Shown here: one piece after another, positions 29,376 through 38,125 of the stretch | Layout: every line of letters starts with the position of its first letter | Numbering within the stretch: the stretch's first letter is position 1 | DNA from: a bacterium | GTDB taxonomy: Bacteria > Zhuqueibacterota > Zhuqueibacteria > Residuimicrobiales > Krinioviventaceae | DNA: 64,000 bases | Assembly (NCBI GenBank): GCA_963674595.2 | Contig: CAXXFV010000023.1 | Coordinates: 416,001 to 480,000 of the forward strand | Direction of reading: 5' to 3' | Translations under genes and position numbers: made by a program | Notes under the pieces: generated by a model | The model's input: only the letters and a program-made list of their open reading frames with translations | The model's database searches: none | What the model was told of the DNA's origin: nothing

Positions 29376-30896
29376 ATGCGCATGAAAATATTTTCAACCA
29401 TTATTTGTTTTGTTGCCATATTTACTCAGGCATTGTTGGGTGAAAATCCTGAAATTCAAAATATTGGAACACAGCGGGAATTGTTTGTCGATTCCACGCT
29501 TGTTGCGGAATTCCAGGGTAATGCCCGGATGAGACTGCACCATCCGCAACGCCGGAACATTGTCCTCGTACATGATGACCCCTGGGAAGGCAGCGGCTGC
29601 GGTTACAATACGGTTTTTAAGGATAAAGATATTTATCGGATGTATTACAAAGCCTGGCATATTGATCTTGGTGGCAATGTTTCAAATCCGGTGGTTATCT
29701 GTTATGCTGAAAGTAACGACGGTATAACCTGGACCAAACCGAATTTGGGCCTGGTCGAGTTTAACGGATCGACAAATAATAATATTATCCTTGATAAAAT
29801 AGGCGATTATGGATGTCATGATTTTACACCCTTTATCGATACACGTCCCGGTGTTCCTGATGAACAGCGTTACAAAGCTATCGGCTTTGCCAGAGGGATG
29901 GAAGAAACTAAAAAAGGATTATACGGTTTTATATCAGCGGATGGCATTCATTGGAAAACAATTCAGGATGATGTTATCATTCAAGAAGATGGCTGGGTTT
30001 TCGATACACAGAATATCGCTTTCTGGTCAGAGGCTGAAAAACAATATGTGATGTATTACCGCAGAACTGTTGATAATATTCGGAATGTTGCCCGTGCTAT
30101 TTCAAAGGACTTTATTCATTGGGAAAAAGAAGGGCTTTTGGACTTTCAGCAAAGAGACCCAAATTCTTTGGAGCAGTTTTATACCAATCAGATCAAACCC
30201 TATTATCGTGCGCCGCACATTTATATCGGATTTCCTTCCCGATATTGTGACCGGGGCTGGATAGACGCTACAGAAGCCCTGCCTTCGCCGGAGTTACGAA
30301 AGGACCGGGCAAAAGGTAAAACCCGTTATGGTTCCGCCGTTACCGATGCGCTGCTTGTTGCGAGTCGTAATGGTCAGAGTTTTTACAGATGGGACGATGC
30401 CTTTATCCGACCCGGATTAAGGACCCGTCACAATTGGGCCTATGGTGATAATTATATTGCCTGGCATGTTGTTGAAACAGCATCCGAGTTTGATGATCAG
30501 CCAACTGAACTTTCTCTCTATGCCACAGAAAGTTATTTTACAGGTACATCTTCCAGGCTGCGCCGATATACATTACGGCTTGATGGATTTGCATCTGTTT
30601 ACGCCCCCCATGATGGCGGTGAGGTCCTTACCAAACCTTTTATATTCAAGGGAGATAATCTGGAATTGAATTTTTCAACATCTGCGGGTGGATCGATCTT
30701 TGTTGAAATTCAGGACCAGGCCGGTAATCCCATTCCCGGATTTCAGTTTGATCAATGTCAGCAAATTTTTGGTGATGCGCTGGATTATGTTGTGAAATGG
30801 ACCGACCAAAGTGATTTGTCTGCTTTGGTTGGAAAATCGGTCAGGTTGTGTTTCAAGTTGCGGGAGGCTGATGTTTTTTCTTTTCGTTTTTATTAA
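29376..30896 (+). CDS. Exported GH32/GH43-like beta-propeller hypothetical protein (paralog 3)
   Basis: Shares RELFVD, DGIHW, FDxQNxAFWSE, PYYRAPxIYI, FIRPG, LRRYxxRxDGFA and STSAxG with 9679-11133. Confidence 0.7.
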   Translation: MRMKIFSTIICFVAIFTQALLGENPEIQNIGTQRELFVDSTLVAEFQGNARMRLHHPQRRNIVLVHDDPWEGSGCGYNTVFKDKDIYRMYYKAWHIDLGGNVSNPVVICYAESNDGITWTKPNLGLVEFNGSTNNNIILDKIGDYGCHDFTPFIDTRPGVPDEQRYKAIGFARGMEETKKGLYGFISADGIHWKTIQDDVIIQEDGWVFDTQNIAFWSEAEKQYVMYYRRTVDNIRNVARAISKDFIHWEKEGLLDFQQRDPNSLEQFYTNQIKPYYRAPHIYIGFPSRYCDRGWIDATEALPSPELRKDRAKGKTRYGSAVTDALLVASRNGQSFYRWDDAFIRPGLRTRHNWAYGDNYIAWHVVETASEFDDQPTELSLYATESYFTGTSSRLRRYTLRLDGFASVYAPHDGGEVLTKPFIFKGDNLELNFSTSAGGSIFVEIQDQAGNPIPGFQFDQCQQIFGDALDYVVKWTDQSDLSALVGKSVRLCFKLREADVFSFRFY

Positions 30897-30980
30897 AATG
30901 TTTTGAAAATGATTTGTAAAAAAGTATATTGGCCGATTATATAACGGGGATAGATTTTATTAATTTTTGGAGTTTTACTT

Positions 30981-31787
30981 ATGCAGGTTCGAGAAAGTAA
31001 TGTTTTAAAAAAATTGAGAAACGGTGAATTGGTCGTTAGTGTAAAAACCAACCTGGCTGAACCCCGGATTGTGGAAATAGCTGCCATGTGTGGCTATGAT
31101 TGTATGTGGCTTTGTATGGAGCATGTTCCGAATGACTGGAATGTTATTGAAAATCAGATACGGGCTGCCAAGATACATAATATGGATACGGTCGTGCGGG
31201 TGTCGCGCGGTTCCTATAGCGAGCTTGTTAAACCATTTGAGGCGGACGCTTCCGGTATTATGGTGCCGCATGTTATGGGGCTTGAGGACGCAAAAAATGT
31301 TGTCCGGCAGACACGGTTTGCCCCCATAGGACGACGACCGGTGGATGGAGGGAATACCGATGGCGCTTTTTGTATGGTGGATTTTAAAGAGTATTTGAAA
31401 AGTTCAAATGAACAAAAATTTGTTATTATCCAGATTGAAGATCCGGAACCGTTGCAGGAACTCGATGAAATTGCCGCACTGGATGGAATTGATATGTTGT
31501 TTTTTGGCCCTGGTGATTTCAGCCACAGCATCGGAGCGCCGGGCCAATGGGACCATCCGGAAATAACGCAGGCACGTGAAAAAATAGCACAAGCGGCTGC
31601 AAAACATGGCAAGTTTGCCGGTACTGTCGGCAGTTTGGATTCTCTGCAGGAGCTTACGGATATGGGTTATCAGTTTATCAATATCGGTGTCGATATTCTG
31701 GGACTGATTGACTATTTTAAAAATATAACGGCAACCGTCAAACAGAAAAAGATTGATTTGTCGAATATAAAAAGTGTATACAAATAA
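30981..31787 (+). CDS. HpcH/HpaI family class II aldolase
   Basis: MEH, GIMVPH, PIGRR, QIE, FFGPGD. Confidence 0.9.
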   Translation: MQVRESNVLKKLRNGELVVSVKTNLAEPRIVEIAAMCGYDCMWLCMEHVPNDWNVIENQIRAAKIHNMDTVVRVSRGSYSELVKPFEADASGIMVPHVMGLEDAKNVVRQTRFAPIGRRPVDGGNTDGAFCMVDFKEYLKSSNEQKFVIIQIEDPEPLQELDEIAALDGIDMLFFGPGDFSHSIGAPGQWDHPEITQAREKIAQAAAKHGKFAGTVGSLDSLQELTDMGYQFINIGVDILGLIDYFKNITATVKQKKIDLSNIKSVYK

Positions 31788-31798
31788 GGATATAATTT

Positions 31799-32659
31799 AT
31801 GAACAGATTATCCGGTGTTATTGCAGCTATTCCGACACCGCTTGACAAGAATGAAAATGTAAACGTTTCGGATTTGAAAAAACTTGTTGATCATGTCATT
31901 TCCGAAGGCGCATCCGGAATCTTTGTACTAGGAAGTATGGGCGAAGGTCCTGCGCTTATGGATGATCAAAAATTATTTGTCGTTAAAGAAGCTGTTAGCC
32001 ATATAAAAAATCGTGTTCCGCTATTGGCTGCTATTTCTGATGTTTCCACTAAAAGAACGCTTGAAATGGGTAAAAAAATACAGGAGCTTGGAGCGGATTT
32101 TCTTGTTACGACCACACCTTATTACTACTCGTTTCCGCATCCGGACAGTATCAAAGAGTTTATCCAGGTACTTGCTGAAAATTTGCAAACACCTTTGGTT
32201 TTTTACAATTGTCCGGGAGCAACCGGTAACAAGGTGGACCTGGAAACAATGGACTATATTATGAATGTTCCGCAGATTGCGGCCGTCAAAGATTCCAGCG
32301 GAAATATGGCCATGGTGCTGGAATTATTGAGACGCTATCCCAAAGATGAAACCAGACCGTGCCGTATTTTGCAGGGAGATGAATCGGTCTATGATGTCAG
32401 TCTGCTGATGGGAGCCGACGGTGTGGTTACAGGCGGCGGGACGGTTTTTGTAAGCTTGCTGGTTGAACTTTATCAGGCTGCCATAATAGAGGACAAAAAA
32501 CGTGCGTTTCGGTTGCAGCAAGAGTTTCGCAAAAAAATGGATGATATGCTGGGCCCGGAATTACTGATTGACTGGGTTTATGCCATTAAAAAACAGCTTG
32601 CCGATAAGGGCCTTTGCAGTGACAACCTGACCAGTCCATTTTTAAAACGAAAAAAGTAA
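31799..32659 (+). CDS. DapA/NanA-family aldolase (KDG aldolase-like)
   Basis: LGSMGE, FYNCP, AVKDSSG. Confidence 0.88.
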   Translation: MNRLSGVIAAIPTPLDKNENVNVSDLKKLVDHVISEGASGIFVLGSMGEGPALMDDQKLFVVKEAVSHIKNRVPLLAAISDVSTKRTLEMGKKIQELGADFLVTTTPYYYSFPHPDSIKEFIQVLAENLQTPLVFYNCPGATGNKVDLETMDYIMNVPQIAAVKDSSGNMAMVLELLRRYPKDETRPCRILQGDESVYDVSLLMGADGVVTGGGTVFVSLLVELYQAAIIEDKKRAFRLQQEFRKKMDDMLGPELLIDWVYAIKKQLADKGLCSDNLTSPFLKRKK

Positions 32660-32660
32660 C

Positions 32661-33128
32661 ATGACTGAAAAAATAAAAATATTGGACCAAAAAGCTTCTG
32701 ACAATGAATATTTGCATAAAGATTTTCACGGTGCATTGGCCTATTCCATAAAATACCTGGAAGATGAGTTTGGACCCCAGGCCGTTAAAGAGTATTTGGT
32801 ACAGGTTGCCGATAGTTATTTTGCACCATTGACGGATCAATTAAAAGATACCGGTTTATCCGCACTGGAAAATCATTTCAGGCAAATATTTGAAAAAGAG
32901 GGGGGACAGGCCACATTTGAATATGATAAAGATGTTCTGGTTATTACGGTAAGCGAATGTCCGGCAATTACCCATCTTTTAAAAACAAATATGCTGTTTA
33001 CAGAACGGTTTTGCGAAACCACGAATGTTGTTAACGAAACGATCTGTCAACATGCCGGTTACAAGTGTTCCTGCCGATACGAACCGGGAAAAGGTACGTG
33101 TGTTCAGAAATTCTGGAAGGAGAAATAG
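32661..33128 (+). CDS. Small Cys-containing hypothetical protein (V4R/ATC-hydrolase-like)
   Basis: Helical N-terminus then ECPAI, FCE and further Cys; 1 nt gap to the upstream gene. Confidence 0.55.
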   Translation: MTEKIKILDQKASDNEYLHKDFHGALAYSIKYLEDEFGPQAVKEYLVQVADSYFAPLTDQLKDTGLSALENHFRQIFEKEGGQATFEYDKDVLVITVSECPAITHLLKTNMLFTERFCETTNVVNETICQHAGYKCSCRYEPGKGTCVQKFWKEK

Positions 33129-33131
33129 ATT

Positions 33132-33569
33132 ATGATATCCTGTACGGAATTTATCCCGGCCTATAGCGAACTTTTTAAATATTTACATGAAAAGGGAGGA
33201 AAAGACGCTGTTGTCAAATTTTGGGAAAATTTGTCGGATGCTTTTTTAGGGAACCTGAGGGAACTGGTCATTGAAAACGGAATTCGCGGTTGTTACGAGT
33301 ATTGGAGCCATACCTTGACGGAAGAGGCCGCTGATTTTAGAATGACGCTTGATGAGGAAAAGGGCCTGTTCCAAATAGAAATGCGCCATTGTCCCAGTAA
33401 AGGGCGTCTGCTGCAAACCGATCATATACAGAGTTATAAATATTATTGTGAACATTGTGATCTTTTATATCGCCGTGTTTTGGAGCCTTTGGGCTATGAA
33501 TATCATGTCGACCTCGGTCACTGCGAGCAGGCCAAGTGTTTGCTAACAGTGAGAAAAAAGATTAATTAA
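33132..33569 (+). CDS. Small Cys-containing hypothetical protein (V4R/ATC-hydrolase-like), related to the preceding gene
   Basis: HCPS, YCEHC and two C-terminal Cys; 3 nt gap to the preceding gene. Confidence 0.55.
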   Translation: MISCTEFIPAYSELFKYLHEKGGKDAVVKFWENLSDAFLGNLRELVIENGIRGCYEYWSHTLTEEAADFRMTLDEEKGLFQIEMRHCPSKGRLLQTDHIQSYKYYCEHCDLLYRRVLEPLGYEYHVDLGHCEQAKCLLTVRKKIN

Positions 33570-33587
33570 TTGAACAACAGGTGTTAT

Positions 33588-34370
33588 ATGCATGTTAAAG
33601 AGTTGTTAAGTTTAAAGAATAAAGTCGTCCTTGTTACCGGCGGTGCGGGGCGTTACGGCAAACCGATTGTGGAAGGTTTGGCTGAAGCCGACGGGACCGT
33701 TATAACCGCTTCACGTAACCTGGAAGCCGGGGAAAAAGTGGCCTCTGAATTTCGTCAGCAGAATTATGACGTCCATGCTTTGCAGGTCGATCAGGCCGAC
33801 CATGATTCGGTTATAGAGCTTAAGAAGAACATTCAGGAAAAATTCGGCCGCCTTGATGTTTTTATCAATAACGCTGTTGCCCGCCCTATGAAGGGTTATA
33901 ACGAACCGTTAGAAAACTGGCGGGAGTCCATGAACGTGAACGCTACCGGATCGTTCGACATTACCCGTGAAATGGCGGATTTGATGGCGTTGACCGGCGG
34001 CGGCACGATTGTGAATATCGCCTCCATGATGGGAATGTTTGGTCCGGATTTATCCAATTATGAAGGCACCAATATGGGTGATCCCCCACCGGATTATTTT
34101 TTCCACAAAGGCGGAATGATTACACTGACACGATACCTGGCCCGTGTGTTGGCAGATAAAAAAATCAGGGTAAACTGTATCAGTCCCGGCGGACTTTTAA
34201 CGGACTATGAACTTCCGGAACGGTTTTTGGAAAATTATAATAAAAAAGTACCGGTCGGCAGAATGGCAACCTATGATGATATTAAAGGCCTGGTTGTGTT
34301 TCTGTCTTCGGATGCGTCAGCCTATGTGAATGGGGAAAATATTTTAATGGATGGTGGTATGCATGCCTGA
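33588..34370 (+). CDS. SDR oxidoreductase, PtmA-like
   Basis: TGGAGRYG, NNA, YFFHK (YxxxK), IRVNCISPGG, MDGG; ATG at 33588. Confidence 0.88.
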   Translation: MHVKELLSLKNKVVLVTGGAGRYGKPIVEGLAEADGTVITASRNLEAGEKVASEFRQQNYDVHALQVDQADHDSVIELKKNIQEKFGRLDVFINNAVARPMKGYNEPLENWRESMNVNATGSFDITREMADLMALTGGGTIVNIASMMGMFGPDLSNYEGTNMGDPPPDYFFHKGGMITLTRYLARVLADKKIRVNCISPGGLLTDYELPERFLENYNKKVPVGRMATYDDIKGLVVFLSSDASAYVNGENILMDGGMHA

Positions 34371-34381
34371 CATGCATACCA
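34355..34381. terminator. Hairpin between convergent genes, possible terminator
   Basis: TGGTATGCATG-cctga-CATGCATACCA, 11-bp stem with the SDR stop in the loop; U-tract weak. Confidence 0.4.
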
Positions 34382-34400
34382 TAAAATTCTTTTAATAAAA

Positions 34401-35837
34401 TTACTCTTTAACCAATAATGCCACCACTTCAACGTGGGCCGTATGCGGAAACATGTCAACCGGTTGTAGTTTTAACAATTTGTATCCGTCTTCTGCAAGC
34501 TCTTTAATATCTCTTGCCAGCGTTGTCGGATTGCATGAGACGTGCACAATACGCTGCGGAGCAAGTCTTTTTATCGCCTGTACGGTTTTTGGGTGCATCC
34601 CGGCCCTTGGCGGATCGATGATTAAAACATCCGGCTTGCCATACCGGCTTGTAATTTCATCTGTCTCTTCAATCTGATTTTTCAGATCACCGAGGACAAA
34701 TTCACAATTTTTAACCTGATTTAATGCTGCGTTTTTTTCTGCATTTTGCACAGCCGATTCAATCGCTTCAAAACCGACTACTTTATTGACATAATTGCTC
34801 ATATACAGTGAAATTGTACCGGCCCCGCAATATAGATCATATACGGTTTCATTGCCTTTAAATTCAGCATAGTCCAGCACAACGTCGTACAGCTTTTCAG
34901 CTTGTTTTGTGTTGGTTTGAAAAAACGAGTTACCGGAAATTTCAAAAATATAATTGCCCAGTTTTTCGTAAATAACAGGTTTGCCGTGTAACACATATTC
35001 TGCTTCACTGAATGCGACACTTGCCTTGCTTTTGGTGGTGCTGAACAATAAACTGGTTATCTGCGGAAACTGTTTCAACAATTCTGTTTTAAGCAATTCT
35101 GCAATTTCTTTGTCATATTTGGATGCAACAATATTCACCATCAGATCATCCGTATTTGCACTTTTCCGAATGACGAGGAAACGCCAAAATCCGGTATGGT
35201 CCTGGGTGCTATAGGCCGGATATATACTTGATGCAGCAATGGAACGCACTTTACTCAAAATTTGTGCAATAACCGGTTCTGCCAGGTGACATTCCTTTAA
35301 ATCGATAACTTTTTCATAAAATCCACGGGCATGCATTCCCAAAAAATAACCTTCTTTATCAAGCGGTTCTCCGGATTCTATTTCTTTTTGGGTAATCCAG
35401 CGCTGCCGTGCAAAGGAAAATTCCATTTTGTTACGGTAATAAAATGTGTTCACTGAGGGCAAGGTTGGTGAAAATTCAAAACCGGAAAAACCTCCCAACC
35501 TTGTTATAATATCTTTAACCTGTTCGGTTTTGGTTTTAATTTGTTCGGCATATTGATAATGCTGAGTAACGCAGCCACCGCAGTCTAAAAAATGTGAACA
35601 TATTGGTTCCACATAATCATCTGATTGTTGTATAACGTCCAGAATTCTGGCAACAGCATAGCTTTTTCTTTTTTTAACGATTCGAACGGTGAGTTGTTGG
35701 CCGGGAACAGCATGATCAATAAATATAACAAAATCATTTATTTTTGCTACCCCCTGTCCGCCAAAAGCCAGAGATTCCACGGTTAATTCCAGTTCCTGGC
35801 CTTTTTTTACATTTGGTAATACTAGATCATTGGTCAT
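34401..35837 (-). CDS. rlmD: 23S rRNA (uracil-5)-methyltransferase RlmD
   Basis: TRAM domain, CxHFxxCGGC, YRNKMEF, SFFQTN, DLYCGAG, DPPRAG, VSCNP, DMFPHTAHVE. Confidence 0.95.
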   Translation of the reverse strand: MTNDLVLPNVKKGQELELTVESLAFGGQGVAKINDFVIFIDHAVPGQQLTVRIVKKRKSYAVARILDVIQQSDDYVEPICSHFLDCGGCVTQHYQYAEQIKTKTEQVKDIITRLGGFSGFEFSPTLPSVNTFYYRNKMEFSFARQRWITQKEIESGEPLDKEGYFLGMHARGFYEKVIDLKECHLAEPVIAQILSKVRSIAASSIYPAYSTQDHTGFWRFLVIRKSANTDDLMVNIVASKYDKEIAELLKTELLKQFPQITSLLFSTTKSKASVAFSEAEYVLHGKPVIYEKLGNYIFEISGNSFFQTNTKQAEKLYDVVLDYAEFKGNETVYDLYCGAGTISLYMSNYVNKVVGFEAIESAVQNAEKNAALNQVKNCEFVLGDLKNQIEETDEITSRYGKPDVLIIDPPRAGMHPKTVQAIKRLAPQRIVHVSCNPTTLARDIKELAEDGYKLLKLQPVDMFPHTAHVEVVALLVKE

Positions 35838-35853
35838 TAAATATAATTCATCC

Positions 35854-36423
35854 TTAATTATCTTTTAATATTCGTCTGATGCCTGTCAATTGCTCCTGGT
35901 ATGGACCGGCTGATAATTTGGACAGTGTGACCCCCTGGCTTGTTGAAGCGTGAACAAAACGGTCATTTGCAATATAAATACCGACATGGTCCGGTTCTCT
36001 ATCGTTGTTGTTATTAAAAAACACCAGATCACCGAATTTTAAGTTTTTTTGTTGTATGGACATGCCAAGTTTAAAAAGCTGTGAGGTACTGTGCGGTAAA
36101 GAAATTCCGGCAGCATTTTGATAAACAGCCATTACAAAACCGGAACAGTCCACACCCTGAGGCGTTTCGCCGCCCCATACATAGGGCGCTCCCCAGAATT
36201 TTTGGATCTCTTTTTTCACATTTTCAAAAAAATCGGCTTTTTTTGAAAATAACTTTCCATCAGGCAGGTCGGATTCCTCCGTAACAGGTTCCTGTTCATA
36301 GCCCGGGTTTTGCTTCCGCTCCCAGGTTTGCCGGTCCCTTTGCACGTGTTGAACAGCACATTGTGAAATAAAGAGGGCCGTAAAAATTAAAAAAAACAGA
36401 GTATAAGATTTTCTTAACAACAT
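35854..36423 (-). CDS. NlpC/P60 (C40) peptidase, probable lipoprotein
   Basis: PYVWGG, DCSGF, GDLVFF, HVGIY, FVHAS. Confidence 0.93.
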   Translation of the reverse strand: MLLRKSYTLFFLIFTALFISQCAVQHVQRDRQTWERKQNPGYEQEPVTEESDLPDGKLFSKKADFFENVKKEIQKFWGAPYVWGGETPQGVDCSGFVMAVYQNAAGISLPHSTSQLFKLGMSIQQKNLKFGDLVFFNNNNDREPDHVGIYIANDRFVHASTSQGVTLSKLSAGPYQEQLTGIRRILKDN

Positions 36424-36571
36424 TGTATCTTCCTATTTTTTATTTTTCTATAAAGTAATTTATACAACGTTAACTATCAAGAAAAATATATTTGCCATAA
36501 TTTTTGCTTGACTTTTGACTTATTTAACTTAAATTTAAGCAGTTGTTGTTCTTTATCATCTAGAGATATTC

Positions 36572-37075
36572 ATGGAAAATATATTTTTATTTATTAAACA
36601 AAATTTACCCTGTCCTATTTATCTAATACTTGGTTCAATAGTTTTTGTGCTTTTTTTTATTTTTCTTAAAAAGAGAACAAAGTTTATAAAAGCATCTTTT
36701 TTCAGTTTGATAATAGGAATCGCAGGGGTCTATGCTTCAGAATATTATATTCAGAAAAAATGGCCGCAAATTGATCAGGATTTATGTGGTGAAAAAGCTA
36801 AAAAGTATAATTTATCATTTTTTCGATACGACACCAATCCTTCGAATAATGACTATATTAAAAAGGACTTGACGGTTCCTGAACTTAAATTATTAGACAG
36901 GGTCCTTTTACTTGAAAAAAGAAAATCCGGTTTAAACCTTTCAGATGTAGATTTACAGAGCGTTGCCCGAAATAACAGGAGAGTTATGCTGGCTTATGAA
37001 CGCTGGTGTGAGTGCAAACTTTTAATGCGGTCTAATCATCATGTTTTCTATCCTGATGAGCGAGCTTATTATTAA
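36572..37075 (+). CDS. Hypothetical membrane protein (2 N-terminal TM)
   Basis: 167-aa ORF with two hydrophobic helices; no family recognised. Confidence 0.55.
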   Translation: MENIFLFIKQNLPCPIYLILGSIVFVLFFIFLKKRTKFIKASFFSLIIGIAGVYASEYYIQKKWPQIDQDLCGEKAKKYNLSFFRYDTNPSNNDYIKKDLTVPELKLLDRVLLLEKRKSGLNLSDVDLQSVARNNRRVMLAYERWCECKLLMRSNHHVFYPDERAYY

Positions 37076-37129
37076 CAATCTGTTATGTTAACGGAATATA
37101 CGGGAACAAAATTTCCCGAAAGGAGTTAT

Positions 37130-37153
37130 AACCCGAGGCCTTTCGGGTTTTTT
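37130..37153 (+). terminator. Intrinsic terminator with an alternative pairing
   Basis: AACCCGAG-gcct-TTCGGGTT followed by a T-tract. Confidence 0.65.
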
Positions 37154-37180
37154 CATTTAACCAAGCCTAGTTGAGGCATT

Positions 37181-38104
37181 ATGAAATTTTCCAGATTATT
37201 ATTTTTGAATTTGTTTTTGTTTTCAGTTGTTTTCTCTCAACAAACCAGAAATCCAAAATTAGTTATTTCCTATCTTTCAAGTATTGGGCAAACTGGAGAA
37301 AATCCGGGACAATTTTTAAAACCCGCCGGAATCGCCATTGATCCAAAAGGGAATATTTATATCGCCGATACGGATAATCATCGAATTCAAAAATTTGATC
37401 AGCAGGGGAAATTGCTGTTTTTTATCGGTGGGTTCGGATGGGAAAGAGAACAATTTCAATATCCTGTTGATATTTGCGCCAATAATACGTTGGATGTATT
37501 TGTTGCCGATTATGAAAATCAGAGAATTGAAAGATATGACAGGGATCTGAACTGGATTGCCTCTATTTATACGGATCCTTCTTTGGATGAACGTTTGCAA
37601 TTGGGGTTTATAAACTCTGTTGATTACAGCCGGCACGGTGAATTGTTTGCGGTAGACAGCGAAAATAAACGAATTCTAAAATTTAATACACTTCAGGAAC
37701 CCGTTTCCAGTTATGGAGATTATGACTGGGGACAAGGTGTTTTAACAGATCCTGTTAAAATTTGTGTGGGACCGGATGATATGATTTATGTCTCTGATCG
37801 CGGCGACGGGCGAATTTTTGTATATGATTATTATGGAAATTTTTTACACACAATCGGTGATGAAATTTTAAAATCACCATCTGGTTTGTTTTTATACAAT
37901 ACTATTCTATTTGTTACAGATACGGAACTGAATAAAATTTTTGCTTTCCAGACATCGGGACAGAAAATTTTTGAATTTGGTGCGCCGGGAGATAAAATCG
38001 GTGCATTTCAAAATCCAGGAGATATTGCATTCTATCAGAATAAACTCTATGTTGCAGATACAGATAATAACCGTATCCAGATTTTTAACCTTACTATTCA
38101 ATAA
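37181..38104 (+). CDS. Exported NHL-repeat beta-propeller protein
   Basis: Signal peptide; GQFxxPxGIAID, YIADTDNHRIQKF type repeats. Confidence 0.9.
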   Translation: MKFSRLLFLNLFLFSVVFSQQTRNPKLVISYLSSIGQTGENPGQFLKPAGIAIDPKGNIYIADTDNHRIQKFDQQGKLLFFIGGFGWEREQFQYPVDICANNTLDVFVADYENQRIERYDRDLNWIASIYTDPSLDERLQLGFINSVDYSRHGELFAVDSENKRILKFNTLQEPVSSYGDYDWGQGVLTDPVKICVGPDDMIYVSDRGDGRIFVYDYYGNFLHTIGDEILKSPSGLFLYNTILFVTDTELNKIFAFQTSGQKIFEFGAPGDKIGAFQNPGDIAFYQNKLYVADTDNNRIQIFNLTIQ

Positions 38105-38125
38105 ACCGGAAATAAAAATACAATT

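Noticed and set aside
27173-32659. dapA for lysine biosynthesis
   Set aside because: Neither protein has the GTTGE motif of DHDPS, there is no dapB, and the context is catabolic.
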